From assembly GCA_022562085.1 (NCBI GenBank), contig JADFPY010000001.1, positions 1 through 52,240 on the forward strand: a stretch of 52,240 bases of DNA, written 5' to 3'. Shown in pieces: positions 17,562 through 26,990 of the stretch. This DNA comes from Candidatus Zhuqueibacterota bacterium (GTDB lineage: Bacteria > Zhuqueibacterota > Zhuqueibacteria > Oceanimicrobiales > Oceanimicrobiaceae). Position 1 is the first letter of the stretch, and every line of letters begins with the position of its first letter. The notes beneath the pieces are model-generated. The model was not told the origin of the DNA. It searched no databases and worked only from the letters and a program-made list of their open reading frames with translations. The translations under genes and the position numbers were made by a program.

Positions 17562-17592
17562 GCCAGCTTTTCAATCGAAAGGCTGGCTTTTT
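17562..17592 (+). terminator. Rho-independent terminator closing the ParA-to-HPt operon
   Basis: GCCAGC (17562-17567) pairs with GCTGGC (17582-17587), followed by TTTTT. Confidence 0.6.
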
Positions 17593-17678
17593 ATTTGTAA
17601 GTCAATTATGGCCGTAGACCTATTTGACAGGTTCAACTTCGAATATCTTTGAACTATCGTCTAACATTTAGAAAACGG

Positions 17679-17707
17679 TTGATTTTTTCACCGAAATTTA
17701 TTAAAAT
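17679..17707 (+). promoter_or_regulatory. Candidate sigma70 promoter of guaB (TTGATT-17 nt-TAAAAT)
   Basis: Hexamers at 17679-17684 and 17702-17707 with a 17-nt spacer, about 40 nt upstream of the guaB start. Confidence 0.4.
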
Positions 17708-17747
17708 GGCTTAACTAAAATCATATTTGGAGAATTTTGGAGACTAA

Positions 17748-19220
17748 ATGCACAAAAAAGTTATTGGCGAAGCGTTAACTTTTGATGATGTTTTGCTGGT
17801 ACCGGATTATTCCGAGGTTTTGCCCAAAGAAACAGATACCCAAAGCTGGTTAACTAAAACCATTCAACTAAATCTGCCTTTAGTTGCGGCGGCGATGGAT
17901 ACGGTAACAGAATCCGGGCTGGCGATTGCTCTCGCCCGTGAAGGAGGCATTGGGATTATTCATAAAAACATGTCGATTCAGCAGCAGGTAGAAGAAGTGG
18001 ATCGCGTGAAACGCTCGGAAAGCGGCATGATTTACAACCCGATTACTTTAACACCGGTACACAAAGTTAAAGAAGCCATGTCGCTCATGAACCGGTATAA
18101 AATTTCAGGCATCCCCATTGTCGAAGGATCAAAATTGGTGGGCATTTTAACCAACCGCGATTTGAGATTTGAAATCGATACTGAATTGGAAATTAAACAG
18201 GTGATGACAAGCGGTAATTTAGTGACGGTTCCGGCCGGCACTACCTTAGAACAAGCTGAGAAGATTCTGCAAAAAAACCGCATTGAAAAACTCCCGGTGG
18301 TCGATGGCGATAATAATCTTAAAGGTTTAATCACAGTGAAAGACATCCAGAAAAAGCGCCTTTACCCAATGGCTGCGAAAGATGGGCACGGGCGGCTGCG
18401 AGTCGGCGCTGCTGTCGGTGTTGCAAACGATACTCTGGAACGAGTACAGGCGCTGGTTGACGTGCAGGTAGACGTTATTGCAATTGATACGGCTCACGGA
18501 CATTCAAGAGGTGTGATTGAAACGGTAAAACGGGTCCGGCAGAAATATCCAAAAGTGCAAATTATAGCCGGGAACGTTGCGACAGGTGAAGGGGCGCGTG
18601 CTTTGATTCAAGCCGGGGCCAATGCTATAAAAGTTGGCATGGGACCGGGCGCAATTTGTACCACTCGCGTAGTTGCGGGCATTGGTATGCCGCAGATCAC
18701 GGCAATTATGAATTGCGCCGAAGTCTGTCAAGAACATCAAATTCCCCTAATTTCAGATGGCGGGGTTAAACAGACCGGTGACATTCCGAAAGCGATCGCA
18801 GCGGGTGCGGACACAGTTATGATTGGTAACTTGTTTGCCGGGACCGAAGAGAGTCCTGGTGAAAAAATTTACTTAGGCGGCAGAAGTTTTAAACTTTACA
18901 GGGGTATGGGTTCTCTTTCCGCAATGCAGCAAGGGAGCAAGGACAGGTATTTTCAGGAGGGAGAGAAGGATTTGCGAAAATTAGTTCCCGAAGGAATCGA
19001 AGGCCGGGTGCCTTATCGTGGAAAACTGAGTGAGGCAGTCTATCAAATGGTTGGTGGTCTAAAAGCGGCCATGGGGTACTGTGGCACAAATAATATTGAA
19101 GAACTTAAGAAGAAAGGTCAGTTTGTTAAGATTACCGGTGCCGGTTTAATGGAGAGTCATCCTCACGATATCGTCATTTCCCGGGAAGCCCCGAATTATA
19201 ATATCGATCGAATTCAATAA
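17748..19220 (+). CDS. guaB: IMP dehydrogenase
   Basis: N-terminus [17 protein letters not shown], a CBS pair insert, catalytic loop [11 protein letters not shown], and [11 protein letters not shown]. Confidence 0.97.
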   Translation: MHKKVIGEALTFDDVLLVPDYSEVLPKETDTQSWLTKTIQLNLPLVAAAMDTVTESGLAIALAREGGIGIIHKNMSIQQQVEEVDRVKRSESGMIYNPITLTPVHKVKEAMSLMNRYKISGIPIVEGSKLVGILTNRDLRFEIDTELEIKQVMTSGNLVTVPAGTTLEQAEKILQKNRIEKLPVVDGDNNLKGLITVKDIQKKRLYPMAAKDGHGRLRVGAAVGVANDTLERVQALVDVQVDVIAIDTAHGHSRGVIETVKRVRQKYPKVQIIAGNVATGEGARALIQAGANAIKVGMGPGAICTTRVVAGIGMPQITAIMNCAEVCQEHQIPLISDGGVKQTGDIPKAIAAGADTVMIGNLFAGTEESPGEKIYLGGRSFKLYRGMGSLSAMQQGSKDRYFQEGEKDLRKLVPEGIEGRVPYRGKLSEAVYQMVGGLKAAMGYCGTNNIEELKKKGQFVKITGAGLMESHPHDIVISREAPNYNIDRIQ

Positions 19221-19224
19221 AAAA

Positions 19225-19293
19225 GAAACCGGGGTTGCAAGCCTCTACCGGGATTAGGGGGAGTTACCGGTTGAGACACGCGTGCCCGGTTTC
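19225..19293. terminator. Probable bidirectional terminator between convergent guaB and rpsT
   Basis: GAAACCGGG (19225-19233) pairs with CCCGGTTTC (19285-19293). It is flanked by an A-run upstream and a T-rich tract downstream. An inner hairpin ACCGG...CCGGT contains the CACGCGTG palindrome. Confidence 0.45.
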
Positions 19294-19318
19294 ATATATT
19301 TTTATTTAAAAAGGAGAG

Positions 19319-19570
19319 CTAAAGATTGTTGACAAAGATGGTTAGTCGTGATTTTTGATTTGCCGCTTTATTGCGATGAATAATCCGTTTTGAAGCAAGT
19401 TTGTCCAGCAAAGATGAAGTGCGTGGTAAAATCTTTTCTGCATCCTCCTTTGTTTTTGAAGAAAGCACATCTTTGATTGTTGATTTCAGCATCGACTTGT
19501 AATGCCGATTGCGTTGTCTTGATTTTTCACTTCTCCGAATCCGTCTAACGGATGATGCATAATTAGCCAT
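19319..19570 (-). CDS. rpsT: 30S ribosomal protein S20
   Basis: MANYASSVRRIRRSEKSRQRNRHYKSMLKSTIKDV... is a small, basic, typical S20. Confidence 0.95.
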   Translation of the reverse strand: MANYASSVRRIRRSEKSRQRNRHYKSMLKSTIKDVLSSKTKEDAEKILPRTSSLLDKLASKRIIHRNKAANQKSRLTIFVNNL

Positions 19571-19793
19571 TTTCCCTAACGTATCTCCTTAATATTCAAT
19601 TTTTAGTGTCCAAATATACGAAAATAGATCACTTTTGTCAATAGAAAAAACCGAGTCAGTTTTTTTTAGATTTTCTTGATCGGCTTTGGTTTAATGCCTA
19701 TATTTCAAAACAAAGAAAGAAGAGTCGTAAGAATTAAAAAGCAGAAATATCGCTCGCAAAAATTGAACTGCACAGAAAATAATTTGGTAAAAC

Positions 19794-22430
19794 GTGTCTA
19801 AATCTGAGCCCCAAAAAAAGACCCCCATGATGGAACAGTATCTTTCCATCAAAGCAAAACATCAGGATTCAATTCTCTTCTTTCGGATGGGGGATTTCTA
19901 TGAGCTGTTTTTTGATGATGCCAAAACTGCCTCTGAAGTCCTTGGGTTGACCCTTACCTCACGCGCGCACGGTAAAAAATCCGCGGGCGTGCCTCTCGCC
20001 GGTTTTCCTCACCACAGTCTTGATACTTATTTATCCAAAATGATTAAAGCGGGATTCCGGGTTGCAATTTGCGAGCAGCTTGAAGATCCCAAAGCCACCA
20101 AAACCATTGTGAAGCGTGATGTCACCGAAATAATTACACCCGGCACGGTTCTAGCAGATGATTTGCTTGACAGCAAGCGGAATAATTTTTTGTGTTCGCT
20201 TTATTTTAAAAAAGAAATCTGTGGTCTGGCAAGGGTCGATATTTCTACAGGTGAATTTACCGTCTACGAAATGCCGATCGAACAATTTGTTGAAGAAATT
20301 AAACGAACTTCACCTGCGGAGATTCTACTTTCCGAGGAGCAAGCTGCGTTTGTAGAGGGAAAATTAGGTACGGTAGAAAAATACTTTCTCACAAAACGGG
20401 AGGAGTGGATATTTTCACGGGATTATGGCTACGAAACCCTGACCACTCATTTTGGGACACTCTCTTTGAAAGGCTTCGGCTGCGATGATCTGGACACGGG
20501 AATATGTGCGGCTGGCGCTGCGTTCCATTACTTAAAAGAAGTTCAAAAGTCCCACTTGCTGCACATCAGCCGAATCCAACGTCAGTCCGCAAACGAATTT
20601 GTAGGCATCGACAGCGATACCAGGAGAAATCTGGAGCTGCTTAAATCCCTGCGAAGCGGAACCAGTCAGGGAACTTTGATTTCAACAATCGATAGAACCA
20701 AAACGGCAATGGGGGGACGCAAGCTGGTGCAGTGGATGTTGAAGCCGCTGCTGAATCCAAATCAAATTCGGAAAAGATTAGACGCCGTTGAAGAACTTAA
20801 AAAATCTACTAACGTGCTGAGCGAGGTTAGTGAGATCCTTGTACGCATTGGCGATCTTGAAAGATTTGTCTCGAAGATCATTACGAACCGCGCCACTGCA
20901 CGGGACATAAATGCTTTAAAGAACTCTTTAAAAACATTTCCTGAATTAAAAAAGAGCCTGGGCAAAGTAGAGAGTACCGACCTGATCTCGGTTCGTGATA
21001 AGATTGATAACTTAGAAAAGCTGGTTGTGAAGATTGAAAAGGCAATTGTCGATGACCCGCCGCTGGCAGTTACCGAAGGCGACATCATCAAGCGGGGTTA
21101 CGATAAAGAGCTTGATGACTTGAGAGACATTTCCTATTCCGGGAAAGATTGGATTGCCCGGCTGCAGGGCCAGGAGCGCGAAAAGACCGGCATCCCATCT
21201 TTGAAAGTAAGCTTCAACAAGGTATTCGGATACTACATTGAAGTTACCAAACCGAATCTTTCCAAAGTCCCGGATTATTACACCCGCAAGCAAACCCTGG
21301 TCAACGCCGAAAGATTCATCACACCGGATTTAAAGGCATACGAAGAAAAAATTTTAGATGCGGATGATAAAATTGTTACAATCGAGTACGAGCTTTTTGA
21401 TCAAATTCGCAAGATGGCTGCGGAACAAGCCAAAACAATCCAAAAAAATGCGCAGTTGATTAGCACGCTGGATTGTTATGCCGGTTTTGCACAACTCGCG
21501 GTCGAAAATAACTACGTTCGGCCTGAAATCAACGATGGTTCACAAATCTCGATCATGGAAGGCCGTCACCCGGTGGTGGAAAAGCTGCTGCCCTACGGTG
21601 AATCTTTTATTCCCAACGACAGCCAACTGGATGCAAAAAAGGAGCAAATCATTATCTTGACCGGACCAAACATGGCGGGAAAGTCAACCTATTTGCGGCA
21701 GGTTGGTTTGATTGTTTTGCTGGCGCAAATGGGGTCTTTCGTACCCGCGAAAGCAGCGAAGATTGGGGTGGTGGATAAAATTTTTACCCGGGTCGGTGCT
21801 TCGGATAATTTAGCCGGTGGTGAAAGCACATTCCTGGTTGAGATGAATGAAACTGCGAATATTTTAAACAACGCCACGCCAAAGAGCTTGATTTTACTCG
21901 ATGAAATCGGCCGTGGCACCAGCACTTTTGATGGACTTTCGATTGCCTGGGCCGTGGCCGAGCACCTTCATAATTCACCCCAAGTCGCCGCTAAAAGCAT
22001 TTTCGCAACCCACTATCACGAGTTGACCGAACTCGCTTTAATTCTAAAAAGAGTAAGAAATTACAATGTTGTGGTTAAGGAATGGGGAGAAAATGTCGTT
22101 TTTCTAAGAAAGATCGAAGAAGGCGCCTGTGATCATAGTTATGGCATTCAAGTGGCCAAATTAGCAGGTCTTCCGAACTCACTACTGAACCGTGCAAAAG
22201 AAATTCTTTCGAACCTTGAAGCGGATGAATTGACGACAAATAATCTGCCGAAATTGGCCATGAGCAAAAATGGTCATTTGAAAATGAATGATAAACAATT
22301 AGATATTTTTGAAAAACAGGAACAGGTCATTCGAGCTGAAATCCAAGACTTGAAGTTAGAGGAAATGACGCCTTTGGAGGCTTTGAATAAACTAAATGAG
22401 TTGAAAAATACGGTTGACGGGGCGAACTAG
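19794..22430 (+). CDS. mutS: DNA mismatch repair protein MutS
   Basis: GTG start. TPMMEQYLSIKAKHQDSILFFRMGDFYELFFDDA, Walker A GPNMAGKSTYLRQ, DEIGRGTSTFDGLSIA, FATHYHEL. Confidence 0.97.
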   Translation: MSKSEPQKKTPMMEQYLSIKAKHQDSILFFRMGDFYELFFDDAKTASEVLGLTLTSRAHGKKSAGVPLAGFPHHSLDTYLSKMIKAGFRVAICEQLEDPKATKTIVKRDVTEIITPGTVLADDLLDSKRNNFLCSLYFKKEICGLARVDISTGEFTVYEMPIEQFVEEIKRTSPAEILLSEEQAAFVEGKLGTVEKYFLTKREEWIFSRDYGYETLTTHFGTLSLKGFGCDDLDTGICAAGAAFHYLKEVQKSHLLHISRIQRQSANEFVGIDSDTRRNLELLKSLRSGTSQGTLISTIDRTKTAMGGRKLVQWMLKPLLNPNQIRKRLDAVEELKKSTNVLSEVSEILVRIGDLERFVSKIITNRATARDINALKNSLKTFPELKKSLGKVESTDLISVRDKIDNLEKLVVKIEKAIVDDPPLAVTEGDIIKRGYDKELDDLRDISYSGKDWIARLQGQEREKTGIPSLKVSFNKVFGYYIEVTKPNLSKVPDYYTRKQTLVNAERFITPDLKAYEEKILDADDKIVTIEYELFDQIRKMAAEQAKTIQKNAQLISTLDCYAGFAQLAVENNYVRPEINDGSQISIMEGRHPVVEKLLPYGESFIPNDSQLDAKKEQIIILTGPNMAGKSTYLRQVGLIVLLAQMGSFVPAKAAKIGVVDKIFTRVGASDNLAGGESTFLVEMNETANILNNATPKSLILLDEIGRGTSTFDGLSIAWAVAEHLHNSPQVAAKSIFATHYHELTELALILKRVRNYNVVVKEWGENVVFLRKIEEGACDHSYGIQVAKLAGLPNSLLNRAKEILSNLEADELTTNNLPKLAMSKNGHLKMNDKQLDIFEKQEQVIRAEIQDLKLEEMTPLEALNKLNELKNTVDGAN

Positions 22431-22615
22431 TGTCTGGAAAAAATGTCGCTGGCTGACACGAAAATCCTTCGATTTCGTTCAGGATCAGGTTGAGTCGTTT
22501 CATAGCGAGCCTTTCGACGAGCCCAAAGTAAACTCCGTCGGCTCATAGTTAATTTTTTGTATTTATGGCAAGATGTTTAAATAATTCAGACGTTAAATTT
22601 TATTGAGGTTAGTAG

Positions 22616-23644
22616 ATGTTTAATTTAAAATTTAGAATTTTGCTCATTGCTCTTTTTTTGCTCACAGGAAACCTGTTCGCACAAAGTTTTTCGAAATATG
22701 CCGGTGAGTTTTTGTCCCTCGGCGTGGGAAGCAGATCGTTAGGTATGGGTAGCGCTTATGTGGCAGTTGCCCGCGATGTCTCCGCCGGCTATTGGAATCC
22801 CGCCGGCCTGGCGTTCATCAACTATCCTGAAATTATGCTGATGCACTCAAGACAGTTTTCGGGTGTGGTCAACTACGATTATGGAGGTGTTGGATTACCG
22901 GTTGGCAACAGAAGCAGTATGGGATTCGGTTTAATCCGTCTGGGAGTAGACAATATTAAAGAAACCGATATCCCAAATCCGGATTTGGCAGTTGGTGAAA
23001 TTTTTGTAGATGAAAACGGACAGGTAGTCCGAAATACACCTTTTGAAAAGGGCAGTTTTGGAGCTACGGACTACGCGTTGTTTTTAACTTATTCGAAGCG
23101 GCTGGGGGAGAATTTTTCATACGGCGGCAATATCAAACTGTTGAACCGCTCGATCGGGGACAATTCGGCCTGGGGCATCGGTTTTGATGTTGGCGTTATT
23201 TTTAACCCCGTTTCCAAACTCATCGTTGGCGTGAACGTGCAGGATGTTACCTCAACAATGATTGCCTGGGACACTGGCCGTAAGGAATTCATTACACCGT
23301 CGTTACGGACCGGATTTTCTTACCCGATTACTTTTTCATTTATGGGAGGACAACTTCTGCCGGCGATGGATATTAACTTCCGATTTGAGAATAGAAGAGC
23401 GTCTGCCCAGGGAAATATCGGACGGGTGAGTTATGATCTCAATTTTGGTTGGGAATACCAGTATCATGACGCTTTTGCAATTCGGCTTGGCTCTTCGGAA
23501 TTCGCGCCATTTACGGCCGGTGTCGGCGTGCATTTACCCAAACTCCAAATCGACTATGCCTTCTATCAACACCAGGATTTGAACAATACGCATCGTATTT
23601 CAGCAAAACTCACTATCGAAGAACCCAGATTCCAACGCAAGTAA
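22616..23644 (+). CDS. PorV/PorQ-family-like outer-membrane beta-barrel
   Basis: Signal peptide ending LFAQS. N-terminal motif AGEFLSLGVGSRSLGMGSAYVAVARDVSAGYWNPAGLA. Alternating beta-strand pattern throughout. Confidence 0.6.
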   Translation: MFNLKFRILLIALFLLTGNLFAQSFSKYAGEFLSLGVGSRSLGMGSAYVAVARDVSAGYWNPAGLAFINYPEIMLMHSRQFSGVVNYDYGGVGLPVGNRSSMGFGLIRLGVDNIKETDIPNPDLAVGEIFVDENGQVVRNTPFEKGSFGATDYALFLTYSKRLGENFSYGGNIKLLNRSIGDNSAWGIGFDVGVIFNPVSKLIVGVNVQDVTSTMIAWDTGRKEFITPSLRTGFSYPITFSFMGGQLLPAMDINFRFENRRASAQGNIGRVSYDLNFGWEYQYHDAFAIRLGSSEFAPFTAGVGVHLPKLQIDYAFYQHQDLNNTHRISAKLTIEEPRFQRK

Positions 23645-23833
23645 CCTACCTCGTAAGAACAACCTTTGAAAGGTTCATGAAGAAATAAAGACTTTTAACA
23701 TAGATTTCTAAATAATTTTTTTAATCTAAATCTGCTTTCTTCTAAACCTTTCAAAGACTTTTCTTTGCTTTATGAAAAGCCCTTTTTGTTTTATTTACAA
23801 GGATTTCGCTCACCAAAAAAGTTGAAATTTTAT

Positions 23834-23862
23834 TTGACAATTGCAAAAAATTGTCGTATAAT
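23834..23862 (+). promoter_or_regulatory. Perfect-consensus sigma70 promoter (TTGACA-17 nt-TATAAT) for the yicC-gmk-rpoZ-coaBC block
   Basis: TTGACA at 23834-23839, a 17-nt spacer, then TATAAT at 23857-23862. It lies about 110 nt upstream of yicC. Confidence 0.6.
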
Positions 23863-23971
23863 TTAGGTCAATTTGTGTGTTCTAACTCAATGTATTTTAA
23901 ATTTTTACAAATTGCATGTTTCTATACCATTTTGAGAAAAATACAACTGGCCGAGGAGTTTAGATAGTCTC

Positions 23972-24850
23972 ATGATTTCAAGCATGACAGGGTTTGGCCG
24001 TGGCGAATCAAAGCACAATGGTATGGTGGTATCCGCTGAAATTCGTTCTTTAAATCATCGTTTTCTGGATGTCGAACTTCGTTTGCCGAAAAGTTTGTGT
24101 GGGTTTGAGAGAGAGCTTAAAGGGATCATTGGTTCCGGATTGTCACGCGGCAAAGTGAATGCAACAATAACAATAAAAGGCGAAGAAATCACTTCGGCGG
24201 GGCTGACCATTGATAAAGAATTAGCAGCAACCTACATCAAACTATTAAATGAACTCAAGGATGACCTGAACATTGATGATTCCATAAAACTGGAACAATT
24301 GCTGAATTTCCCTGACATCATTACGGTTGATAACTCAAAGGAATTGGATGACAGCGTTTGGGAAGCTGTAAAGGCAGCGATTGAATTGGCGATCGACGAT
24401 TTAAGGGACATGCGCCTTAAAGAGGGCTTGGAAATCAAAAATGATTTGGAGTCTCGGGTTGCAATAATTGAGGAGAAGATCGTTGCAATCGAAAGTAGTT
24501 CAAAGGAAAAATCAAAAGAAGAGTTTGGGAAGTTAAAAAAGAGAGTTGAGGAACTGGCGAGTTCCGAAATAATTAATGAGGGCCGTCTGGAAATGGAGAT
24601 TGCTCTTATCGCTGAAAAAGCCGATATAACCGAGGAATGTATTCGTTTTAAAAGTCACAATAAGTTTTTTTTTGACTTGCTCAAAAACGGAAAATCCGAG
24701 GGACGTAAACTGAATTTTCTCGTTCAGGAAATGCATCGTGAAGCCAATACCATCGGCTCGAAAGCCAACGATGCATCCATTGCCCATTTGGTGGTTGGTA
24801 TCAAGGAGGAAGTAGAAAAATTACGTGAACAAATTCAAAATATCGAATAA
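23972..24850 (+). CDS. yicC: YicC-family protein (stress-induced endoribonuclease family)
   Basis: MISSMTGFGRGE..., EIRSLNHRFLD, and C-terminal EGRKLNFLVQEMHREANTIGSKAND. Confidence 0.9.
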   Translation: MISSMTGFGRGESKHNGMVVSAEIRSLNHRFLDVELRLPKSLCGFERELKGIIGSGLSRGKVNATITIKGEEITSAGLTIDKELAATYIKLLNELKDDLNIDDSIKLEQLLNFPDIITVDNSKELDDSVWEAVKAAIELAIDDLRDMRLKEGLEIKNDLESRVAIIEEKIVAIESSSKEKSKEEFGKLKKRVEELASSEIINEGRLEMEIALIAEKADITEECIRFKSHNKFFFDLLKNGKSEGRKLNFLVQEMHREANTIGSKANDASIAHLVVGIKEEVEKLREQIQNIE

Positions 24851-24859
24851 ATTATATCT

Positions 24860-25435
24860 ATGGGAAGAAAAGGCCTTCTGGTTGTCATCTCTGCGCCGTC
24901 CGGCGGTGGAAAAACGACGGTGATCCGGAGGGTTCTTGCGTCGGGAAACGGTAATTTTAAATATTCTATTTCGGCCACTACTCGCCGGATTCGTGCTGGC
25001 GAAGTTGATGGGCAGGATTATCATTTCCTAAGCCTTGAGGGATTTAAAGATAAAAAAGAACAGGGCAAATTTGTGGAGTGGGCCGAAGTCCATGGTAACT
25101 ACTATGCTACCCCGAGGAAACCGATTGAAAAATGGCTTAACGAAGGCAAGACCGTCTTTCTGGATTTGGATGTAAACGGGGGATTAGAAGTAAAAAAATA
25201 TTTCAACGATTCCGCTCTTTTGATTTTTATCAAACCGCCTTCTGTGGAAAGTCTGGTGCAACGGCTCAGGGGTAGAAAAACCGAAACTCAACATGAAATT
25301 GATAAGCGGCTTAAGCGGGTTCCTGAAGAGATGCACAAATCACAACGATACGATTATCAAATCTTAAATGAGGATTTAGATAACACAAAAACTGAAATAT
25401 TAGAAATCATTAGAAACCATAATTGTCAACACTAA
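24860..25435 (+). CDS. gmk: Guanylate kinase
   Basis: P-loop ISAPSGGGKTT, ISATTRRIRAGEVDGQDYHF, FVEWAEVHGNYYATP. Confidence 0.95.
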   Translation: MGRKGLLVVISAPSGGGKTTVIRRVLASGNGNFKYSISATTRRIRAGEVDGQDYHFLSLEGFKDKKEQGKFVEWAEVHGNYYATPRKPIEKWLNEGKTVFLDLDVNGGLEVKKYFNDSALLIFIKPPSVESLVQRLRGRKTETQHEIDKRLKRVPEEMHKSQRYDYQILNEDLDNTKTEILEIIRNHNCQH

Positions 25436-25448
25436 CTGGAGTAATTGA

Positions 25449-25754
25449 ATGATCAAAACACTTCCCATCCACGAATTTGACGATAGAGCAGATAATATTT
25501 ATGAAGCCATAATTGTCTTGTCAAAACGAGCCCGTCAAATTAACGATATACAAAAACAAGAATTGAGCCAAGGCCGGGATTACGATGACGAATACGATGA
25601 TTTCGGCGATGATGAAATCATAGAAGAACCCGGGGAAATAAAATATGAGAAGCTTCCAAAACCCGCTTCGGTTGCTTTGAAAGATTTCTTTGACGACAAA
25701 GTTAGGTATGAATATCGTAAAAAGCCGGACGAAAATGAGAAGCCGGAATCGTAA
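25449..25754 (+). CDS. rpoZ: DNA-directed RNA polymerase omega subunit
   Basis: NIYEAIIVLSKRARQIN motif, small size, and the conserved position after gmk. Confidence 0.85.
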   Translation: MIKTLPIHEFDDRADNIYEAIIVLSKRARQINDIQKQELSQGRDYDDEYDDFGDDEIIEEPGEIKYEKLPKPASVALKDFFDDKVRYEYRKKPDENEKPES

Positions 25755-25760
25755 GAATTA

Positions 25761-26990
25761 ATGAAGTTAGCTGCTAAAAAAATTGCGGTTGGCGTTACCG
25801 GGGGCATCGCTGCTTATAAGTCATGTGAACTGGTACGGGAACTCAGAAAGTCAGGCGCTGAGGTGCGGGTTGCCATGACCGATTCAGCTAGAAAGTTTGT
25901 GACAGATCTGACCTTGGCGACCCTTTCAGAAAACCCGGTTTTGAACTCTCTTTTTGAAGGAAACGAAAAATTGGGGACCGTTCATATTGATTTGGCACGC
26001 TGGTGTGATGTCTTTGTGATTTGCCCGGCGACGGCAAATATAATCGCCAAAGCCGCAGCCGGCCTTGCTGATGATGTTATCTCAACTTCTATTTTAGCCA
26101 CACAGTCGAAAGTGATTTTCTGTCCTGCCATGAATTCAGCGATGTGGAAGAAGCTAATCGTGCAGCAGAATATTGCCAAATTAAAAGAGCTTGGTTATGA
26201 TTTCGTCGATCCGGAGTGGGGCGAACTTGCCACCAAAGCTGAAGGCGAGGGTTGGGGACGTTTGGCCGCTATTGAAAGTATTGTACAAAAGTTACAATTT
26301 GCGCTTCTCGCAACTGAAGAATTAACTGGCAAAAAAGTGCTGGTGACCGCCGGACCAACTCGGGAGCATATTGATCCGGTTCGATTTATCACCAATCATT
26401 CGTCCGGGAAAATGGGATTTGCTTTGGCCGAGGCGGCCAAATTAAAAGGCGCTGATGTCGTCTTGATTTCTGGTCCGAATAATCTTAATAAGCCGCAGGG
26501 ACTAAAATATATCGAAGTCGAAACAGTTGAAGAAATGCAAAAAGCCGTTGAAACTGACTATGGGGATGTGGATATCCTCTTAATGTCGGCTGCAGTTTCC
26601 GACTACCAGGCAAAAAAAATCTCTTCTGAGAAAATAAAAAAGAATTCTTCTGAAATCGCTTTGCAGCTAAAAAAATCCCCGGATATTCTGGCGAGTTTAG
26701 GGAAGAAAAAATCCAATTGCGTTCACATAGGCTTTGCCCTCGAAACAGAAGATGTCATTGCAAACGCAACTAAGAAATTGAATAATAAAAATCTGGATTT
26801 GGTCGTTTTGAACAATCCGCTCGAACCCGGGGCAGCTTTCGGTGGCGACACGAATATTGTCTCACTTATCAGCAAAGATAAGCAAGTTGAGACCTTGCCA
26901 AAACTGCCGAAAACCAGAGTTGCAGAGATTATTTTAGATAGAGCCGTCGAAATTTTGCAAAGCGGGAATCGTCAAGCAGTTGCAGTTTAA
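25761..26990 (+). CDS. coaBC: Bifunctional phosphopantothenoylcysteine decarboxylase / phosphopantothenate-cysteine ligase
   Basis: Flavoprotein N-domain (KIAVGVTGGIAAYKS, PAMNSAMW). CoaB C-domain (VLVTAGPTREHIDPVRFITNHSSGKMG, AAVSDY). Confidence 0.95.
   Translation: MKLAAKKIAVGVTGGIAAYKSCELVRELRKSGAEVRVAMTDSARKFVTDLTLATLSENPVLNSLFEGNEKLGTVHIDLARWCDVFVICPATANIIAKAAAGLADDVISTSILATQSKVIFCPAMNSAMWKKLIVQQNIAKLKELGYDFVDPEWGELATKAEGEGWGRLAAIESIVQKLQFALLATEELTGKKVLVTAGPTREHIDPVRFITNHSSGKMGFALAEAAKLKGADVVLISGPNNLNKPQGLKYIEVETVEEMQKAVETDYGDVDILLMSAAVSDYQAKKISSEKIKKNSSEIALQLKKSPDILASLGKKKSNCVHIGFALETEDVIANATKKLNNKNLDLVVLNNPLEPGAAFGGDTNIVSLISKDKQVETLPKLPKTRVAEIILDRAVEILQSGNRQAVAV

Noticed and set aside
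22430-22546. 39-aa basic minus-strand ORF (MSRRSLLWARRKARYETTQPDPERNRRIFVSASDIFSRH) in the spacer after mutS. It overlaps a hairpin at 22458-22478.
   Set aside because: It has no RBS, and it overlaps the mutS stop and a GC-rich hairpin-type intergenic element. It looks like a translated structural repeat rather than a gene. A similar GC-rich island occurs at about 49165-49250.
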